The translations under genes were made by a program, and so were the position numbers. Positions 59,504 through 64,000 of a DNA stretch of 64,000 nt are shown here, in pieces. The stretch lies in assembly GCF_009914755.1 (NCBI RefSeq), contig NC_060927.1; one strand, given 5' to 3'. Below the pieces are notes generated by a model that did no database searches, was not told the DNA's origin, and saw only the letters and a program-made list of their open reading frames with translations. Source of the DNA: the human T2T-CHM13v2.0 reference genome, Homo sapiens. Every line of letters begins with the position of its first letter. Within the stretch, counting starts at the first letter, position 1.

Positions 59504-62225
59504 GCTGGACAAAGGGCTATGAAAATTTGGATTCTAAATTGAGGGCAGAATAGAGCAGGAGGAGGCCCTTGAGTTTTGGAGTTGAGCCTGAAGCCTATGT
59601 AGGATTTTGCTTCTGGGTATTGGGGTGGGGTGGGGAGGCGTGTTCCTGAGAGAAAATCAGGAAAGAAATCTGAGGACAAAAAGCATGGGGCAGGAATGGA
59701 AAAAGTGAATAAATTGTTTCTTTAAGTGCAAATTGATCTCTGGCTACAGACCTAACTCAGCACTAATTCTCATTTCCAACCCCACACATTTCCAACCAGT
59801 GACAATGATATGACAATAATAATGACAGCTAATATTTGTTGAATGATTGATCAGTGCCAGGTACTGTTCTAAGGAGGTGCTTGTTATCCCTCACACAAAC
59901 CTTCCCGGTTGGTTCCTTATTTACTGTGTTGCTCAGCAGCCTCAGCCTTCTCTGGGTGAGGCCACTGTATTCTCAGCTCACCACAAAGCCTACCGCTCAC
60001 CATTGTTTTTCCCACACGACAGCGCAAATTGCCATTTGTTATTGAGCTTGCAAAAGCACTTTACGCAGTGAGGAAATATTTCTCTGTATCCATGACTCAG
60101 AAGAGTGAAAAAAAAGTACAGATGACCATATCTTTCAAGAAAGATGGAAAGAGTGTATTTCTTTGTAGAAGTAAAGAATACATCTATGTATTTAATGTGG
60201 AAATATCTGGCTTGTTACATTAATTTATATTCTGTTGATCCCTGTGGGCATTTGAGTTTGGGGTCCTATTTCTGTAGACAAGACAAATAGAAAGATAAAA
60301 GACAGTAAGTTTTGCAGTCAAGGACTTGCTGTACTCAGGAAGCCTGCAGATTCAATATGTATCTGATAATTTTTTTAAGTTGGTGTAGAACTTGATAAGT
60401 ACCAAAACAGTTGTGAGAAAGGCTTTCTGGACAGAAGTTCTGAGCAGTTAGGATTAAGGGAAGAGAAAGAGACTTGGTTTTGTTTCTTTCTACCGGTTTC
60501 CCATATACCCTGTCTCTTTGGAAGCATTCCTATTTCTCACAATTTCAGGTTAAGAAATTATAGGAGCATCTCACTGTATTGTCCTCAGATTCCAAGCATT
60601 ACAGGAAATAAAAAAAAAACAAAATACAAAATAAGATGAATGATGTTTCAAATTCTGCAAGACCAATAATTCTGTTTTTATTTGAAGATCCATTTATTTT
60701 GGTAAAATTCACCTGCTCTCCACTTGGAAGAAAAGTTCTGCTTAGGGAGAAGCAATTTCTGTGGCTCCTGTTTGAAATTTGTTTGTAAGGATAGATGAAA
60801 TATACAACTGGAAAGGAAACGAGAGCACACTTAAGGGTTACTTGCACACTTGAGTGTTACTTAGCTCTTATTCAGGTTACATATCAGGCTTCTCACAGGA
60901 GCCAATGTTAATTGAGAAACTCTATAGCTAGAGACACTCTGGGGGAAAGAACATAACTCCTTAATTACAATGACAAAATATGTGTGTGCACCCACGCGTG
61001 GTGGTGGGGAATTAACCAAATGATGGTTGAATTTCTTGCACTTTGTAGTCTAGCTGGATTCTGCAAAACACCCCAAAGACGAATATTCTTTCCCTTCTCT
61101 ATTAAGGCATGCTGATTACATACATCAACATTATTTTCTTGTTAAAGATAAGCCCTGTTGTTTGCTGGGGGTAACATGAGGAATATGGCTTTAGAATAAC
61201 CACCCCCCACCCACCACCCCTGCCAATAAACAAGTTTAATGAACTTAATTTTCCCTAATTTATAGGCAGCCTGTTTAAATTATTGTTACTTGGCCAGGAT
61301 CATTTCATAGGGACTTAATTGTGCTTGTAAATTGTGTTTCTTTCAAATTCATCTCTTTATTCACTTTATTTCCCTCCCCCATGTCTCATTTTGCATATGC
61401 TTCAAAATATATCAATAATTTATGCCACAAAGCCTTGTTTTCTCCTTTGTAACTGCGCACATGTTCTGCATTGTGTAATGATGTCAAAGGAAATGTGTAC
61501 ATTGAGTAAAGGTCTTGAATTTTTCATGAAGGTTGGTTGGGGCCAAATGGCATTTTGCAGATCTTTGGGAGAATAACAAATCCATTTTTAAAAAAGAGTT
61601 TCAGAACTGAATAAAAACAATGATAATATCAGCACTAACAAAGTTGAGATTTGTTGAGCATTTTTTTCATCATAAGCAAATCTAAGTGTTTACAAACTCT
61701 ATCTCATCCTCACAATCACTTTGCAAAGAAGGTATTGTTATCTCCATTTTACAGGTCAGGAGACTAAGGCTCATCACTAAGACATCACTTCCTCAATGTC
61801 ACATAGATAGGAGGTGACAGAAAGAGATTTGAACTTGGGCCTTTTGACCTGAAAGCCCAGGTGGTTGTCTCATAAAATCACTTGCATATAGCTTTCTCAT
61901 ATCTGGGCCACTTCAAATCTGACAAATCAGTTTTTCCTTTGCTCTAGGTCTACTATGAGAACCCCCAATTCTTCTTTTTTTTAAAATTAAAAAATATTAT
62001 CATTGTGTCATCCTCCTGTATTCTGGATGACTCTTAACTGACAACCAAATTAAGTGAATAAAACCTGAGGATCTGACGGAATCTGCAGTAGAGAAGGAAA
62101 GGAAGGAGACATCATTTACACTGATGTTCGTCAGGGCACAGTGTGAGATCTTCCTGAGCTGATACCGAGTTGATACTGAATATTCATTCATTCAGTATTT
62201 ATTGAACTCTGTTTGCTAGAAGAGG

Positions 62226-62435
62226 AGTCAGCAGACTGTGGACCAAATATGCCTACTTTCTATTTTTGTAAATAAAGTTTTATTGGAACATGGCCATGCC
62301 CACTCATTACATATGTCTATGGCAGCTTTTGTCCTACAATAGTAAAATTGAGTAGTTGCAACAGATACTACATAGCCTGCAAAGATGAAAATAGTTACTA
62401 TCTGGCCCTTTATCAGAAACATTTGTTGACTCTGT
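62226..62435. mobile_element. MER58A
   Basis: Runs tttttgtaaataaagttttattggaacatggccatgcc...agtagttgcaacaga...tactatctggccctt. Confidence 0.8.
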
Positions 62436-63388
62436 GCTAGATCATGATCAAAACAGACACAACCTCTACCCTTAAGAAGTTATAATCTCATGAGAGAGAC
62501 AGACATTAATTCAATATTCAACATATTGTTAAAAGCTATAATACATGCTCATTACTTGCCACTGGTTTTTGAAATTTAATCATCTGGGCCTTATTCTTTT
62601 ACATTAAAAAGTTCTTGCCTGGGATAACAAAAACTTCATTCATTTATTTATACTCATTCATTCATTCAATTCAGCAAGTAAACACTGAGTATCTACCATA
62701 TGTTGGACATTATTATATTAGGATCTGAGAATATACAAGTGCACAAAAGTTGATAGTCTCTCATTTGTTGACCCTTCGGCCTTATTTTCCAACTGCTTTA
62801 GAACCGAAGAAATGAAGAAGTCTATGTATTGGGCCTCCTCAGCCTCCCAATAGAGTTTATTGTAAAGTCTGCCTCTTTTTTACTCTTGTAGTCTCTGAAA
62901 TGGTCTAGTGTTCTTATAGTGTATTCCTTTTTTAAAATGGAAACGAGTTTGAGCGGGTTTCTGTCACCCAGAACTCCCCCAAACTTGGAATTTTGAGATG
63001 AAATCAGCTAAGTGAGCATCGGCTTTCCAGACTTCAAGATGAAAGGAAGCGATGACAAAGGGGTTGGGAAAGAGAAAGAGAACAAAGATTGGTGAACTAT
63101 GCTGTCCATTTTAGCATGGCTCATGAGCTAAGAATGATTTTACTTTTTTTAATGGATGGAAAAAAACAAAAGAATAAGAGTAATTAGTGACATGTGAAAA
63201 TTATATGAAATTCAAATTCCAGTGTCCATAAATAAGATGTTATTAGAACATAGCTGCACCCATCATTTATGTATTGTTTATGGTCACTTTCATGCTACAA
63301 TGACAGAGCTAAATAGTTGTGACAGAAACCATATGTCCTGAAAAGCCAAAAAGATTTACTCTCTGGCCAACTACATCTGTACTGGTTC

Positions 63389-63675
63389 TTTTTTTTTTTT
63401 TTTTTTTTTTTTTTGAGATGGAGTTTTGCTCTTTCTCTGTAATTGTGGTTCACTGCAACCTCCACCCACCCAGGTTCAAGCTAATTCTCCTGCCTCAGTC
63501 TCCTGAGTAGCGGGGATTATAGGCGCCTGCCACCACGCCTAATTTTTGTATTTTTAGTAGAGACGCGGTTTTGGCTTGTTGGCTAGGCTGGTCTTGAACT
63601 CCTGACCTAAGGTGATCCACCCACCTTGGCCTCCCAAAGTGCTAGGATCACAGGCGTGAGCCATGGCACCTGGCC
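63389..63675 (-). mobile_element. AluS with an internal deletion, next to a MER58-type fragment (~63110-63370)
   Basis: Reverse Alu with poly-T; TSD-like acatctgtac(tg/ca)gttct on both sides. Confidence 0.88.
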
Positions 63676-64000
63676 AACATCTGTACCAGTTCTGATCTTG
63701 GCTTCCTCATCTTCCTTACCTATGTGTTCTTTTTGATCTCATCTTTGAGGACCTTAATGAACGCTACTCCCCCAGTGGATTCTGGCTGTAGCTGTGTCTC
63801 AATTCCTCACTTCCAGTTGTCTGTTGTTCATGTATACTTGACTGTCCCATTGGCTCCTCAAACCCGACAGATCCCCAGTAGAACACATCAACTTCTTCCA
63901 CTCCTGCGTACATACTTCTCATCTTGGCTACACCCTTGGGGATAAATATGGATAATAGAAACAGCTGAAACCACAAGTACATGTCACACTCAGGTGGGGA

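Overview
Primate (very probably human) genomic DNA, repeat-rich and with a single coding exon. A CpG island at about 9.5-10.8 kb holds the promoter and first coding exon of PDZRN3 (LNX3/SEMCAP3, a RING + TRAF-type zinc finger + PDZ E3 ligase) on the minus strand. The CDS runs 10313->9591 with a perfect Kozak context and an AAG|GTAGGC donor. Positions 1-9590 appear to be intron 1; I see no further exon. Positions ~10.5-64 kb are upstream/intergenic DNA filled with Alu, MIR, L1/L2, MaLR/ERVL solo LTRs and DNA-transposon relics (Tigger3, Charlie/MER, MADE1). The most striking item is a PRDX5 processed pseudogene (33893-34613) whose 5' part is inverted relative to its 3' part; it is flanked by a 15-bp TSD and sits inside a MER5A, the signature of L1 twin priming. 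Other oddities: a perfect 24-bp-arm hairpin inside an ancient LTR, a cryptic ~230-bp tandem array of MIR-derived units next to the exon 1 donor (carrying candidate antisense splice sites), a MEF2/E-box cluster in intron 1 and several small tandem duplications. I found no evidence of a genuinely new multi-gene system. Almost all ORFs in the track are repeat-derived or chance. Repeat subfamily names come from recalled consensus sequences, not from a database search, and repeat boundaries without a stated TSD are approximate.
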